Shown: positions 1 to 9,196 of the stretch, one piece after another
Layout of the letters: each line of letters opens with the position of its first letter
Position numbering within the stretch: the stretch's first letter is position 1
Origin: a virus
Lineage: Duplodnaviria; Caudoviricetes
Length of the DNA: 37,736 bases
IMG/VR virus record: IMGVR_UViG_3300036805_000228
Coordinates: 1-37,736 of that record
Direction: 5' to 3' (one strand)
The notes under the pieces: generated by a model
Database searches by the model: none
The model's input: the letters and a program-made list of their open reading frames with translations, nothing else
Told to the model about the DNA's origin: nothing
Translations under genes and position numbers: made by a program

Positions 1-480
1 AACAGCTCGGTGACCCCGGCGCTCTTGCGGCTGCCGATGGATCAGGTGCGGTCGGCGCTGGGCAACATGACCAACAAGTACAAGAAATTCAAGATCCAGA
101 TGACGGTGGGCCAGCGGGCGGCATACGAGAATCTTGCCGGCCAGCAGACCGCCATCATGTCGACCAGCGGCAAATTCTCCGCGTTCGATCTTCTCTTCGA
201 CGGCGATGCCTCGGTAGCGGGCAACGTCATCATCGAGAACATTCACGCGCATGCGCAGCGGATCGACTACTTGAACCTTGAGCGGTGGGGCAAGATCAAG
301 TGGGGCAACCCGCCATTCTGGTTCGACTCTGAGGGCCGCAAGGTCTTCCAGCAGGTCGGCACGAATGGTCAGATCACGTCCGGCGCTGCGTCGTTCCTGA
401 TCGACACGGTGCAGTATTACACCGACAACCCGAAGGCCCAGAGCACGCTCTACAACGTGCGGCAGCCGGTCGGCTACTAG
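1..480 (+). CDS. Major capsid protein, C-terminal part (5' truncated by the window)
   Basis: Frame is open from base 1. Ends ...RIDYLNLERW...QYYTDNPKAQSTLYNVRQPVGY, resembling the (C/T)xNPxA-type C-terminus of HK97-fold podoviral capsids. Lies upstream of adaptor/tail genes and is followed by a hairpin. Confidence 0.7.
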   Translation, partial: NSSVTPALLRLPMDQVRSALGNMTNKYKKFKIQMTVGQRAAYENLAGQQTAIMSTSGKFSAFDLLFDGDASVAGNVIIENIHAHAQRIDYLNLERWGKIKWGNPPFWFDSEGRKVFQQVGTNGQITSGAASFLIDTVQYYTDNPKAQSTLYNVRQPVGY

Positions 481-506
481 AGACAACGTAAAAACAGACA
501 GCAGTA

Positions 507-563
507 GCCCGAGGGCCGAGGCCGGAGAGCAACACCTAGAAAGACTCCGGCCTCCAGTCGGGC
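507..563 (+). promoter_or_regulatory. Intergenic stem-loop after the capsid gene
   Basis: GAGGCCGGAG (518-527) pairs perfectly with CTCCGGCCTC (545-554). Outer GCCCGA (507-512) pairs with TCGGGC (558-563). No U-tract follows. Confidence 0.55.
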
Positions 564-576
564 CAGCCGAGGCGAA

Positions 577-1281
577 GTGGACAAAGATTATTACGGACCA
601 GAACTGTACGTGAAGGAGCTTGTCCGCGCCGGCGGGCTGAATCCTTATGGATTGCCGCTCTTTCGACTAGTGCTCATTGGCAAACGTACCTGCAAGCTAG
701 CCTTTCAGTGGGAAGACTGGCCCGACGATGTGCCTTACGAGCAGCGTCATGGCATTGTGACCAACCCCGATACCGGGAAACCCGTCGAATCGCCTTGGCG
801 TCCGCTGCAGACCAAGATCGAGATGCGCGAGGTCATTTACTACCACGATCAGAATCCCGAGGAATGGCTCATCGAGCGCTGGTGGCCGCCATTTGAATCG
901 CGCGAAGCCTGGTTTGCGCCCAATCGCTGCGTCAACGGCAATCCCGACCTGCCTAAGTCCGGGCCCTATCCCGATGAAGGCGCATATCTCTTCGTGGCCG
1001 GCACCTTCGAGAAGCCGCCCGAGCTGGGCATGCTGCTCGACCTCATTGCCATGTGGGCGAAGAACCGCGAGAGTATGGAGCGCGACGCGGTGAAGTACAC
1101 CAAGCAGCAGGAAGAGATTGCGCAGTGGAACTACGAGCAGCGAGCGGCGAAGAAGCTTGCCGAGAGCGAAGCGCACATCAAGGACCTGCTTTCCCCCATC
1201 ACTACCATGTCGCTCGGTGCCGGCCGCTGGCGCCAGCAAATGTATGAACGTGCAGGATTCCGCGGCCACATCGGCAACTAA
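577..1281 (+). CDS. Hypothetical phage protein (234 aa)
   Basis: GTG start with GAGG upstream; codon usage and position fit the late operon. Confidence 0.8.
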   Translation: MDKDYYGPELYVKELVRAGGLNPYGLPLFRLVLIGKRTCKLAFQWEDWPDDVPYEQRHGIVTNPDTGKPVESPWRPLQTKIEMREVIYYHDQNPEEWLIERWWPPFESREAWFAPNRCVNGNPDLPKSGPYPDEGAYLFVAGTFEKPPELGMLLDLIAMWAKNRESMERDAVKYTKQQEEIAQWNYEQRAAKKLAESEAHIKDLLSPITTMSLGAGRWRQQMYERAGFRGHIGN

Positions 1282-1299
1282 AAAGGAGAGTTAGAAGAC

Positions 1300-2298
1300 A
1301 TGGCTCGAGCAGCGACACCGAAATTACCCGAGTATTCGATTGAAGAGCAGCGCGCCATTACCCAGTCGCAGATCGCCAAGCCGGGTGAGGCTCCGGGCCG
1401 TCCCCAGGATCCGCTCTTCCGGCAGCGCAGTGCCACCATGCAGCGTCGCCTCGCACACTCGCGCACCCAGCCGGCGACGCTCATCAATTGCCTGCCCGAG
1501 CCTCTGGCCGTAAACTCCTGCATGCCGGATCTGAGCCGGCGCATTCCCTCCTGCAAGCTGAACGACGAGTTCACCGCCTATTGCTGGGCCGCGCCGGTGG
1601 TTGAAGTCATCATGTCCGAGGGCGTGCGCACTCCCATCGACTACGTGCCGCGGCAGATGGCCGAAGAGTTCGAGCGCGAATACACGGGCGAAAACGGTCC
1701 CGGTGGCGTGATGATCTTCGACGGAACGATCGAGGAATTTCTGGACGCAAAAGAGAACGATCCAGAAACCAAACAGCGCTTCGCCGATTGCGTCGAACGC
1801 GCCGTAGTTCGAATGACGACCCGGTATATCGACGCGAACAACTCCTGGAATACGCCGAATCACCAACTCTCGGCGAACATCACGCACATTCATCGCGATG
1901 CGGCCTCGCGGCTCAAGCACCTGGGACGGTTGCCGGAGAATGTCGAGCCGGAGTGGATGGACCTCAAGACGCAGCAGCAGAACGTTTCGAAGCCGTGCCC
2001 GGTGTGCCGCACCGTGCCGAGGCCGGGCGCGATCATCTGCACTACGGGAAGCTGCAATTACGTGTTCGACGTGGCCGCAGCCTTTGAGGCCAGGCTCATC
2101 GACGAGAACTCGCCGTTGCTCGAGCGCCTCACCCGCGCCGAGGTCGAGAGGCTCGGTGTATCCGCCTTTGTTGCCGAGACCACGGACGAAATTGAAGCTC
2201 GGCTGCGCAAGGGCAAAACGAAGCCGCTTTCGCTTGTCGCTCAGCAGCAGTTGCGCGAGATGCAGAGAGCGCAGCAGGACGACCAGCCGCTTCAGTAA
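1300..2298 (+). CDS. Hypothetical protein with a zinc ribbon (332 aa)
   Basis: AAGGAG SD; CPVC-x10-CTTGSC cysteine cluster. Confidence 0.8.
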   Translation: MARAATPKLPEYSIEEQRAITQSQIAKPGEAPGRPQDPLFRQRSATMQRRLAHSRTQPATLINCLPEPLAVNSCMPDLSRRIPSCKLNDEFTAYCWAAPVVEVIMSEGVRTPIDYVPRQMAEEFEREYTGENGPGGVMIFDGTIEEFLDAKENDPETKQRFADCVERAVVRMTTRYIDANNSWNTPNHQLSANITHIHRDAASRLKHLGRLPENVEPEWMDLKTQQQNVSKPCPVCRTVPRPGAIICTTGSCNYVFDVAAAFEARLIDENSPLLERLTRAEVERLGVSAFVAETTDEIEARLRKGKTKPLSLVAQQQLREMQRAQQDDQPLQ

Positions 2299-2329
2299 AG
2301 CCAAGAGGGAAGAGAGAGGAGGCGCGCCG

Positions 2330-3016
2330 ATGCAATCCCAGGATGCCGACGACATTGTGAGACGTGTCGGCGCGCTGCTCGACGACCCGAGCAATTCACA
2401 GTTTGACCAGGACTACCTGATGCCCTTCATCGATCAGGAGTTTGGCGAATTGGACAACGAACTCGAGGCGCTGGGCGCTCCCTACGCACTCGATCAAGTT
2501 GTCGTCACGCAGCCGGCAAATACCAGTTCGCTCGCCGCGTTCATGGCCGCCGGGCAGCCGCTTGCCGACATGAAGCTCCCATCCGACATTTGGTGGAAGC
2601 TGGCCGGCCAGCCGGACATCAACTATCAGCAGTCGACCGGCCCGGTCACGCAACTGGCCTTCGTGCCGCCCGGCGGACAGGGCGCATGGCAGTGGACTTT
2701 TCTTGGTGGCATGCTGGCCATCACGCCGTCGGCATCCCCGGTCGACCTGCAGGTCACCTTTCAGGTGATGTCGACCAACATCATCGACCCGCAGACGGGG
2801 GTCATCATGGGCACCGCGGCGATCCTTGCGCTACGCGTCGCAATCTATGTGGCGACGCTGCGCGGCATGCCCATGGTGCAGATGCTCATGGCGAAGGAAC
2901 CGAAGGCCTCACGCAACTTCAAGATGGCGCTCAAGAAGCCCCGCCAGGGCGTGCCCATCATGGCTCGCAAGACGCATGGCCGCATCGTGCGCGGCGCACC
3001 GGCCGGATACGTTTAA
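2330..3016 (+). CDS. Putative head-tail adaptor / tail tubular protein A-like (228 aa)
   Basis: Start reassigned to ATG 2330 (GAGGAGG SD). N-terminus 'IVRRVGALLDDPSNSQFDQDYLMPFID' fits the phage adaptor pattern; position between capsid and nozzle-like gene. Confidence 0.65.
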   Translation: MQSQDADDIVRRVGALLDDPSNSQFDQDYLMPFIDQEFGELDNELEALGAPYALDQVVVTQPANTSSLAAFMAAGQPLADMKLPSDIWWKLAGQPDINYQQSTGPVTQLAFVPPGGQGAWQWTFLGGMLAITPSASPVDLQVTFQVMSTNIIDPQTGVIMGTAAILALRVAIYVATLRGMPMVQMLMAKEPKASRNFKMALKKPRQGVPIMARKTHGRIVRGAPAGYV

Positions 3017-3076
3017 AGCCGGCGCAACCTTAACGCTTCTGTACCCGCGCCTCGTGCGCGCTTGGAGGAAATAAAC

Positions 3077-3481
3077 GTGGCCAACTCCATCATTCTTGTC
3101 GGCGCCGATCGCTCTCGCCGTCGCACCACTCGCACGTTCGAGTTCGGAATCAATTCGAACTACGTCAATCCGGGACCGAACTACTTCGACCCGACAACGG
3201 CTCTCGACCCGAACTACCTGGCGGCCGGCATCAGCGGCCTACTCGATCCCTTCCTCAGCAAGAATCTCGAGATCGTCGCAAAAGCGACTACGCTCACTCC
3301 ATGCATCGTTGCCGGCGTCGTTTATAAGCTCTACGTCATTCCCAGCCCGGTCCCGACGAGTTGGGCCGACGCCTTCGTCTGGAAGCTCATCAGCGATGCG
3401 GGCGCGGAACTGGCGAATGGTACGGCGACAGGCGTGGTTCTTGCGCTGGTCGAGATGGTCGGTCCGAACGGGTCTCTCTAA
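3077..3481 (+). CDS. Hypothetical virion protein (134 aa)
   Basis: GTG 3077 preceded by GGAGG; beta-rich composition; within the structural operon. Confidence 0.7.
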   Translation: MANSIILVGADRSRRRTTRTFEFGINSNYVNPGPNYFDPTTALDPNYLAAGISGLLDPFLSKNLEIVAKATTLTPCIVAGVVYKLYVIPSPVPTSWADAFVWKLISDAGAELANGTATGVVLALVEMVGPNGSL

Positions 3482-3484
3482 CCC

Positions 3485-6196
3485 ATGGCGAACTTCGACG
3501 GCGCGCAACCGCAGGCAGTTCCTCGCTTCGGCTCACTCGTACAGTGGGACGACACGCGGCAACTGCCGCGCGGTCTGGCCGCCGTCGTTCGCAATTCGCG
3601 CTACCGCGCTGAGTCAGTCGGCACACGATGGGGATTCAAGCGACGCCTGCTGGTAGCTGCTGGCCAGGCGCTCGTCGCAGGAACCGTGGTTCGCTACATC
3701 GCCGAGGACACCACCGGCGACGAATACATCAACCTGCTTACCTATGCCCAGGGCACGGGAGACATCTACTCCGCCGTACCCTTTGTGCAAGCCGGCGTCA
3801 CGAAACTCACCACTTCCGCATGGTCGACTGCGACTAGCCTGCCGCTCGCTCCGGGCCTCAATCCGGTTATGGCGCAGGCCTTCAATAAAGCGATTGCCGC
3901 CATGGGCGACCTGTCGCGTGGCCAGGCGCCGAACCTGATGTTCAATCCGGCCACCGGCAACCTCGACCCGCTGAGCGATAAGCCGGTCGGCACGCCGTGG
4001 GCGCCCTTGACCCGCTACCGGGTTGGGAATATCGCCTGCCCGAGTAGCTTCCTCGATGACGGCTCCGGCACCGGCGGCGGGAATTGGATTGTCGCGCAGA
4101 ACGGGCACCTTTACCGCTGCACCGTATCGGGCGTTACCGATGTCGCTCCGCCAGTCTGGCCGACGGGATCGGGCGCGATCGTAGTCAACGGCAGCGCAAC
4201 CTTCCAGGAGATGCAGCTCGGTGCCTATACCGGGCTGCCGAACGCGCAGGCGCCCATAACTCCAACGACTGCGGCCGATGGCGCCTCACCTATCATCGAC
4301 GGCGCGACCGTCTTTGTAGTCCTCACCTACAACTCGACTCTGGGCGAAGCCACGAACGACCTCATGGATTCGCAGGGCAATCTCAGCCCGACGGTGCTGA
4401 TGTTCAAGAACACCACGGGGGGCCCGGTTGATCTGAGCGTCATTATGCCGGCGATTCCGGCGCAATACGGCACTGGCGGCATCTTCGGCCCGACGCAGGG
4501 CGCGTCGAGTTACAACGTCTACGCCTATATCGTGCAAGGAATACCGGACTCGACGCAATACACCGACCCTAGCTTTTATGCGCAGGTCGCTGCGAATAAG
4601 GCGCCGGGTTCAAGCGTGACCATCTCTGCCTATCCGACTGGTCTGGTGCTGCCCCAGGTGACGACTGCGCCAGTCGCGCCGGCAGGAAATGTCGACGTCG
4701 GCGTGCGGTACATGATTGTGCTGTTTCAGGATCGCAACGGCACCATTACCGGCTACACCACGGCGGTACCGTTCCGCATCGAGGTCACGGCCGGCGGCTA
4801 TCGGGTCTTTGTCGACCCGCTGCCCATAGGGCCTTACAACACCGCAGCACGGATCTGCGCCTTTACCGTCGCCGGGCAGAGCTCGGCTGGACCGTATCGC
4901 TACATCTTTCAGGATGACGTCGAGTCGCCCGGTCAGGGCCAGCCCGACGTGCCGATCACCGCGACCGTCATCAACGACAACGTGACCACATCGGCGACGT
5001 TCAATTTCACCGACACCTATCTGCCGGGCGCGAGTGATGTTACCAATTACTCCGCCCGCATCGAGGCCCCGCCGTCGAGCGACGTCTACTTCTCTGAAAT
5101 GTTGAGCATGGTCGTGCTCACCGGCGGCTATCAGGTGCCGAGTGGGCACTTCGTCTCGGACCTGAACGATCCCGGCGCCTTCCGCCTGCCTGGCTCGAAT
5201 ATCCAGATCGCCGAAGCGAATGGCGATCGCACGGTTTGTTGGCGCGAGCTGCGCGACATCCAGATTTCCTGCAAGGAAAATGGTGGCTACGTGGTCACGC
5301 CGAACGATGGCGACCCGTCCACATGGGCCGTCTTGCCGCTGTGGCGTAAGCGTGGACCGGTCGGGCCAAAGGCCATCGACATCTATTCCGCCGACGATTC
5401 GGACTTCATCGTCTTCGCGCATCGCGACGGCCTCTGCCGCGTTACCGGCACTGTCGCACCGCTCATCTCGCGCGAAATCCAGCAAATCTGGAAGACGATC
5501 AACTGGGCTGCGGCACAGCAGATCGTCGTCAAGATCGACGGCGTCAACGAAGAGGTCCGCGTCTCATTGCCGGTGAACGGCTCGACCACGAACAACCTGG
5601 TTATCACGATCAACTATCACTGGGGCTGGGGCGAGCCGGTGATCTTCGCGCAGCGTCAGGGCAAACTGGTGCCCAATATCGAAGGCCGCAAGTGGTCGCT
5701 CGACGACCTCGCGCATGCGGATATGTTCTACGTGCCGCAGCGCTTCTCGAAGAATGTCGCGCTCGAGGATGCCGACCTCGCCAACAACCTCATTGCCTTT
5801 GGCTATGACGGCGCCATCTACACAGAAAATGAGAATGTGTACCACGATGAGGATGCGAATGGTAACCCGGTGGGCTACTTCTGGAATTGGGAAGAGGTTC
5901 TAGGCCAGTCCGACCTTAACGAGTATCAACTCCTTGGTGGCACGGTAGGCATGACCGGTTCGGGCGCGATCAACGTCTATGCCCGCGACGACCAGGCGAA
6001 GAAGGTGCCACTCACCAAGCAGAGCCGGCAGCTCATCCTGGTCAACGGCAAGGAAGTAAACCGCGACCTCTTTGCGCAGAACTATTCAACCCGTTTTGCC
6101 ATGGGCTTCGACAACGGCGGCGTGGCCGATTGCTGGGCTGAAGTTCATGTCGCGACCCTCTACAAGCGCAAGTGGCAGACGTTGCGGAAAGGGTAG
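3485..6196 (+). CDS. Putative tail nozzle / P22 gp10 or T7 gp12-like protein with inserted beta-rich modules (903 aa)
   Basis: Size, position after the adaptor, propeller-like C-half with 'ISREIQQIWKTINW', and a CBM-like motif near 3998-4210. Confidence 0.6.
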   Translation: MANFDGAQPQAVPRFGSLVQWDDTRQLPRGLAAVVRNSRYRAESVGTRWGFKRRLLVAAGQALVAGTVVRYIAEDTTGDEYINLLTYAQGTGDIYSAVPFVQAGVTKLTTSAWSTATSLPLAPGLNPVMAQAFNKAIAAMGDLSRGQAPNLMFNPATGNLDPLSDKPVGTPWAPLTRYRVGNIACPSSFLDDGSGTGGGNWIVAQNGHLYRCTVSGVTDVAPPVWPTGSGAIVVNGSATFQEMQLGAYTGLPNAQAPITPTTAADGASPIIDGATVFVVLTYNSTLGEATNDLMDSQGNLSPTVLMFKNTTGGPVDLSVIMPAIPAQYGTGGIFGPTQGASSYNVYAYIVQGIPDSTQYTDPSFYAQVAANKAPGSSVTISAYPTGLVLPQVTTAPVAPAGNVDVGVRYMIVLFQDRNGTITGYTTAVPFRIEVTAGGYRVFVDPLPIGPYNTAARICAFTVAGQSSAGPYRYIFQDDVESPGQGQPDVPITATVINDNVTTSATFNFTDTYLPGASDVTNYSARIEAPPSSDVYFSEMLSMVVLTGGYQVPSGHFVSDLNDPGAFRLPGSNIQIAEANGDRTVCWRELRDIQISCKENGGYVVTPNDGDPSTWAVLPLWRKRGPVGPKAIDIYSADDSDFIVFAHRDGLCRVTGTVAPLISREIQQIWKTINWAAAQQIVVKIDGVNEEVRVSLPVNGSTTNNLVITINYHWGWGEPVIFAQRQGKLVPNIEGRKWSLDDLAHADMFYVPQRFSKNVALEDADLANNLIAFGYDGAIYTENENVYHDEDANGNPVGYFWNWEEVLGQSDLNEYQLLGGTVGMTGSGAINVYARDDQAKKVPLTKQSRQLILVNGKEVNRDLFAQNYSTRFAMGFDNGGVADCWAEVHVATLYKRKWQTLRKG

Positions 6197-6246
6197 GTGG
6201 CATAAGAATGGCTTTCTTTGGCCATACTTATACCAGCAATTAAATA

Positions 6247-7713
6247 ATGGCGAAGAACAACGTCGTCGACACTTCGAAGATCAATCAGGCCGCAGGCAAA
6301 AACATGGACCTGCGGTCGACGCTCTATCAGATCGCGAAAAATCTTCAGCTCTCAGCCACGGTATCGAATACCGGCAACAAGAGCGTTCCGGGTGAATCAG
6401 TCGCTACGGTCTCGCTGCTCGGCTCGACTTATGTCGTGCAGCTCACGCTGCCGGGCACGCAGTCGCCGGCCTCGGTGGTGCAAGGCGTGCAGGCCGCAAA
6501 GGCCGCGACGCAGGCCTCGAATACCGTTGGCATCACCGCGGTCTATAACCAGATCCAGGCGGCAACGACGCCGCGTTTCGATGCCGGATCGAACCTCCAT
6601 CAGTACGGTGGCGATACGGGATCGGCGCAGGCCTACTGGTCGATCGACGACCTCGGCTCCGGGCAGTATTACTTTCGCACCCGGCAGAGCTACGACGGAA
6701 CCAACTGGAACCTTTGGAAGCTGGCGAATGGTGGTAAGCCGGTGGGCGGCCGGGGCGAGTCGGTAACGGTTGAGGACGTCGTCAACGGGGTTGCTGCGGT
6801 GTTCGCCCTGCCGGCCAAGGAGACGGTCGCCTTCGTCTCCGGGCTGTGCGCGAATGGCGGAAGCTACACGCTGCCGGACAATCTTTATACCTCGGCCATG
6901 ATGGCGATTGCCGGCCCCAATGGCTTCAAGGACACCGGCCACCCATCCCACGGCATTGAGCAGTGCGACATCGAGATTCAAGGCGCGCCCGCGACTGGAC
7001 TCATCGGACCACCCGATTTTCCGACTCTGGTGACCATGCTCTATCAGGACGACAGCGGCAATGAGTGGCAAGGTTCGGCAAACATATTCGCCTTCGCCTT
7101 CGACCCGCTCGGCACGAACGTGAGCATGGTCAAAACCGCTTCTGCCGACTGGGCGGTCTTCCAATTGCCTGGAGGCGGAAAGCTGGCGGTCGCTGCCGGC
7201 AACGCTGCGGATGGCGCAACCGTTGCCCTGCCTCCCGGATTTTCGATGGCGAATGCGCAGGCAGTCACTTCGCCGCAATCCGGATTCAGTTCGCCCAACG
7301 ATGCGCACGGTGTTCAGAGTTGCTCGATCGACGCCACCGGCCTGATCTCGATGACGTTTCAGGATGGCTCGGGAAACGTCTGGCCCGGCGTTGCCCAATT
7401 CCTGATCTTCGCCTACTCGCCGGGGCTGCTGCTGAATGCCGGATTCCTTGAAATCAACACGCCGGGCGGCTCGCAAGTAGCGCTCGGATCGGGTCACGCG
7501 GCCTCGGGAACCCGCATAACACTCCCTAGCGGTTACGATTGGTCGAAGGCGCTGGTCTTCGCGGCGCCGCGCACCTTCAACGATACCGGTCATCCCATGC
7601 ACGGCGTTTCTGTCTGCTCCGCGGATCGCGGGTATTTGCAACTGGCCTATCAGGATGGCGAAGGCAATACTTGGGATGGCAGTTTGTCTTGGCTCGTTTT
7701 TTGCTGGCAATAA
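6247..7713 (+). CDS. Putative tail fibre / receptor-binding protein with three tandem ~100-aa repeats (488 aa)
   Basis: Three copies of '(L/T)P..G..LP..HG(I/V)xxC..(Y/F)QDxxGNxWxG..FA(F/Y)'; FN3-like 'YYFRTRQSYDGTNW' upstream. Confidence 0.6.
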   Translation: MAKNNVVDTSKINQAAGKNMDLRSTLYQIAKNLQLSATVSNTGNKSVPGESVATVSLLGSTYVVQLTLPGTQSPASVVQGVQAAKAATQASNTVGITAVYNQIQAATTPRFDAGSNLHQYGGDTGSAQAYWSIDDLGSGQYYFRTRQSYDGTNWNLWKLANGGKPVGGRGESVTVEDVVNGVAAVFALPAKETVAFVSGLCANGGSYTLPDNLYTSAMMAIAGPNGFKDTGHPSHGIEQCDIEIQGAPATGLIGPPDFPTLVTMLYQDDSGNEWQGSANIFAFAFDPLGTNVSMVKTASADWAVFQLPGGGKLAVAAGNAADGATVALPPGFSMANAQAVTSPQSGFSSPNDAHGVQSCSIDATGLISMTFQDGSGNVWPGVAQFLIFAYSPGLLLNAGFLEINTPGGSQVALGSGHAASGTRITLPSGYDWSKALVFAAPRTFNDTGHPMHGVSVCSADRGYLQLAYQDGEGNTWDGSLSWLVFCWQ

Positions 7714-7732
7714 AAGGGGGTATGCTCGCGCC

Positions 7733-8212
7733 ATGTTATGTCATTGCGGTTGCGGCGAAGAGACTCGACTCCCCTATCATCGCTATATTCGCGGTCACCA
7801 GAGGAAGCAGTCGCTTCGCCCCTATTACACAGTTGAAGACCGCGGCTATAGAACTCCATGCTGGATGTGGGCGCGCGCAATTCATGCGACTTACGGTTAC
7901 GGGGTTTGCGCACTGCGGCACGGGACGCGGAGGGCCCATCGCGCTTATTTCATCGACCGCTATGGACCGCTTCCCGACGGGAAAGTACCGGACCATCTCT
8001 GCAGGCAGCGAGCATGTGTAAATCCCGAGCACATGGAGGCTGTTACTCAGGCCGTCAACGCTCAACGCGGATCAAGGGCCAAACTAACCCCGATGCTAGT
8101 CGTTGCAATTAGGGAGTCAGCTACTCGCGGCAGTTACCCGGAGGTTGCACGTAGATTCGATGTGCATCCCGCAACCATCTGCCGAATCGTCCAGGGGAAA
8201 CGATGGGCCTGA
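7733..8212 (+). CDS. HNH homing endonuclease with C-terminal HTH
   Basis: CxCGCG N-terminus, CWMW, AHR, DHLCRQRACVNPEHM and a terminal HTH (EVARRFDVHPATICRIVQGKRW). Start reassigned to ATG 7733. Confidence 0.9.
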   Translation: MLCHCGCGEETRLPYHRYIRGHQRKQSLRPYYTVEDRGYRTPCWMWARAIHATYGYGVCALRHGTRRAHRAYFIDRYGPLPDGKVPDHLCRQRACVNPEHMEAVTQAVNAQRGSRAKLTPMLVVAIRESATRGSYPEVARRFDVHPATICRIVQGKRWA

Positions 8213-8640
8213 TGCCGCTCGACTGGCGCCGCCGCTCCTACGACCTCACCTGGCGCATTGCCCGGCCGGAAGACATGGAGACGCTGCGCACGCTCCACCG
8301 CCGCGATGGTGGGCGCATCAACCCCTCGGTACTACCGAACCTCGAAGAGCCTCCCGTGCTGGTCGCCTTGGTCGCCGAAGACGAGCATGGCGAAATCGTG
8401 TACGGCGCATACGTTGAGGCGATTGCGCATATCCGCGCTATCGGCGTGCATCGTCACGGACTCGAATCGCTCATCGGGCTAAAATCCGCGCTCGCGAGCT
8501 TCCTGCGCGCAGCCAAATTTCGCATGGTGAAGGTGAATTTCAGGCGGCAAATGACCTTCGCCGTCCGGCCCCTGCTCATTCAGGAGGGATTCGTTGAGGA
8601 GGATCAACAAGGGCCGAATTTTGCGTACAGGCTCAGATAG
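8203..8640 (+). CDS. Putative GNAT-fold (acetyltransferase-like) protein
   Basis: 'WRIARPEDMETLRTLH...LVAEDEHGEIV...LIQEGF' resembles the GNAT outline. Such genes commonly precede podovirus ejection proteins. Start may be 8212 (TGATG overlap). Confidence 0.5.
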   Translation: MGLMPLDWRRRSYDLTWRIARPEDMETLRTLHRRDGGRINPSVLPNLEEPPVLVALVAEDEHGEIVYGAYVEAIAHIRAIGVHRHGLESLIGLKSALASFLRAAKFRMVKVNFRRQMTFAVRPLLIQEGFVEEDQQGPNFAYRLR

Positions 8641-8681
8641 AATAGCGGTGCCGCACACAGCGAGCCGTGGAGGGCTCCCCG

Positions 8682-9194
8682 ATGGACCTGATTGCGCAGG
8701 CCGCGACACCGCTCGCCCCATCCTATCGCGAGATTCAGCTTAGCCAAGGCAAAGTAGCAATTGTTGATGCCGATGACTATGAAGGCCTAGCTGCCTTTAA
8801 GTGGTACGCGAAAAGAGGCGGCGCTTCCAAAAATCGCTGGTATGCCACAAGAAATTCCCTAAAGCACGAAGGTATCGGCCGGACTATCCCAATGCACCAA
8901 GCCATCATGGGCACGCCTCCCGCGCCGGGGCTCACCGTGGATCATCGCGATCACGAGGCGACCCTCGACAATCGCCGCAACAATCTGCGATGGGCGACCT
9001 GCGGGGAACAAATGCGCAACCGAGGCAAATTCTCTAATAACACGAGTGGCTACAAAGGCGTGTATTGGCACAGCGCGGCGAGAAAATGGCGGCCACTTCT
9101 CGTCGTAGATAAACGTCGTATCAGTCTTGGCCTCTACGCGACGCCCGAAGCAGCCTATGCCGCGCGCTGTCAGGCCATTGCGCGACTCGCATAG
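8682..9194 (+). CDS. HNH-AP2 homing endonuclease
   Basis: LSQGKVAIVDADD, VDHRD...LDNRRNNLR (HNH), NTSGYKGVYW...LGLYATPEAA (AP2). GGAGGG SD before ATG 8682. Confidence 0.92.
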   Translation: MDLIAQAATPLAPSYREIQLSQGKVAIVDADDYEGLAAFKWYAKRGGASKNRWYATRNSLKHEGIGRTIPMHQAIMGTPPAPGLTVDHRDHEATLDNRRNNLRWATCGEQMRNRGKFSNNTSGYKGVYWHSAARKWRPLLVVDKRRISLGLYATPEAAYAARCQAIARLA

Positions 9195-9196
9195 TT

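Noticed and set aside
1898-2329. N-terminal extension of the 372-aa ORF 1898..3016
   Set aside because: Overlaps the 1300..2298 gene in another frame and is R/S-rich shadow sequence; a strong SD supports ATG 2330.
6790-7713. Diversity-generating retroelement target (repeats in a fibre gene)
   Set aside because: The repeats are diverged protein-level units, not near-identical DNA differing at adenines; no reverse transcriptase in the window.
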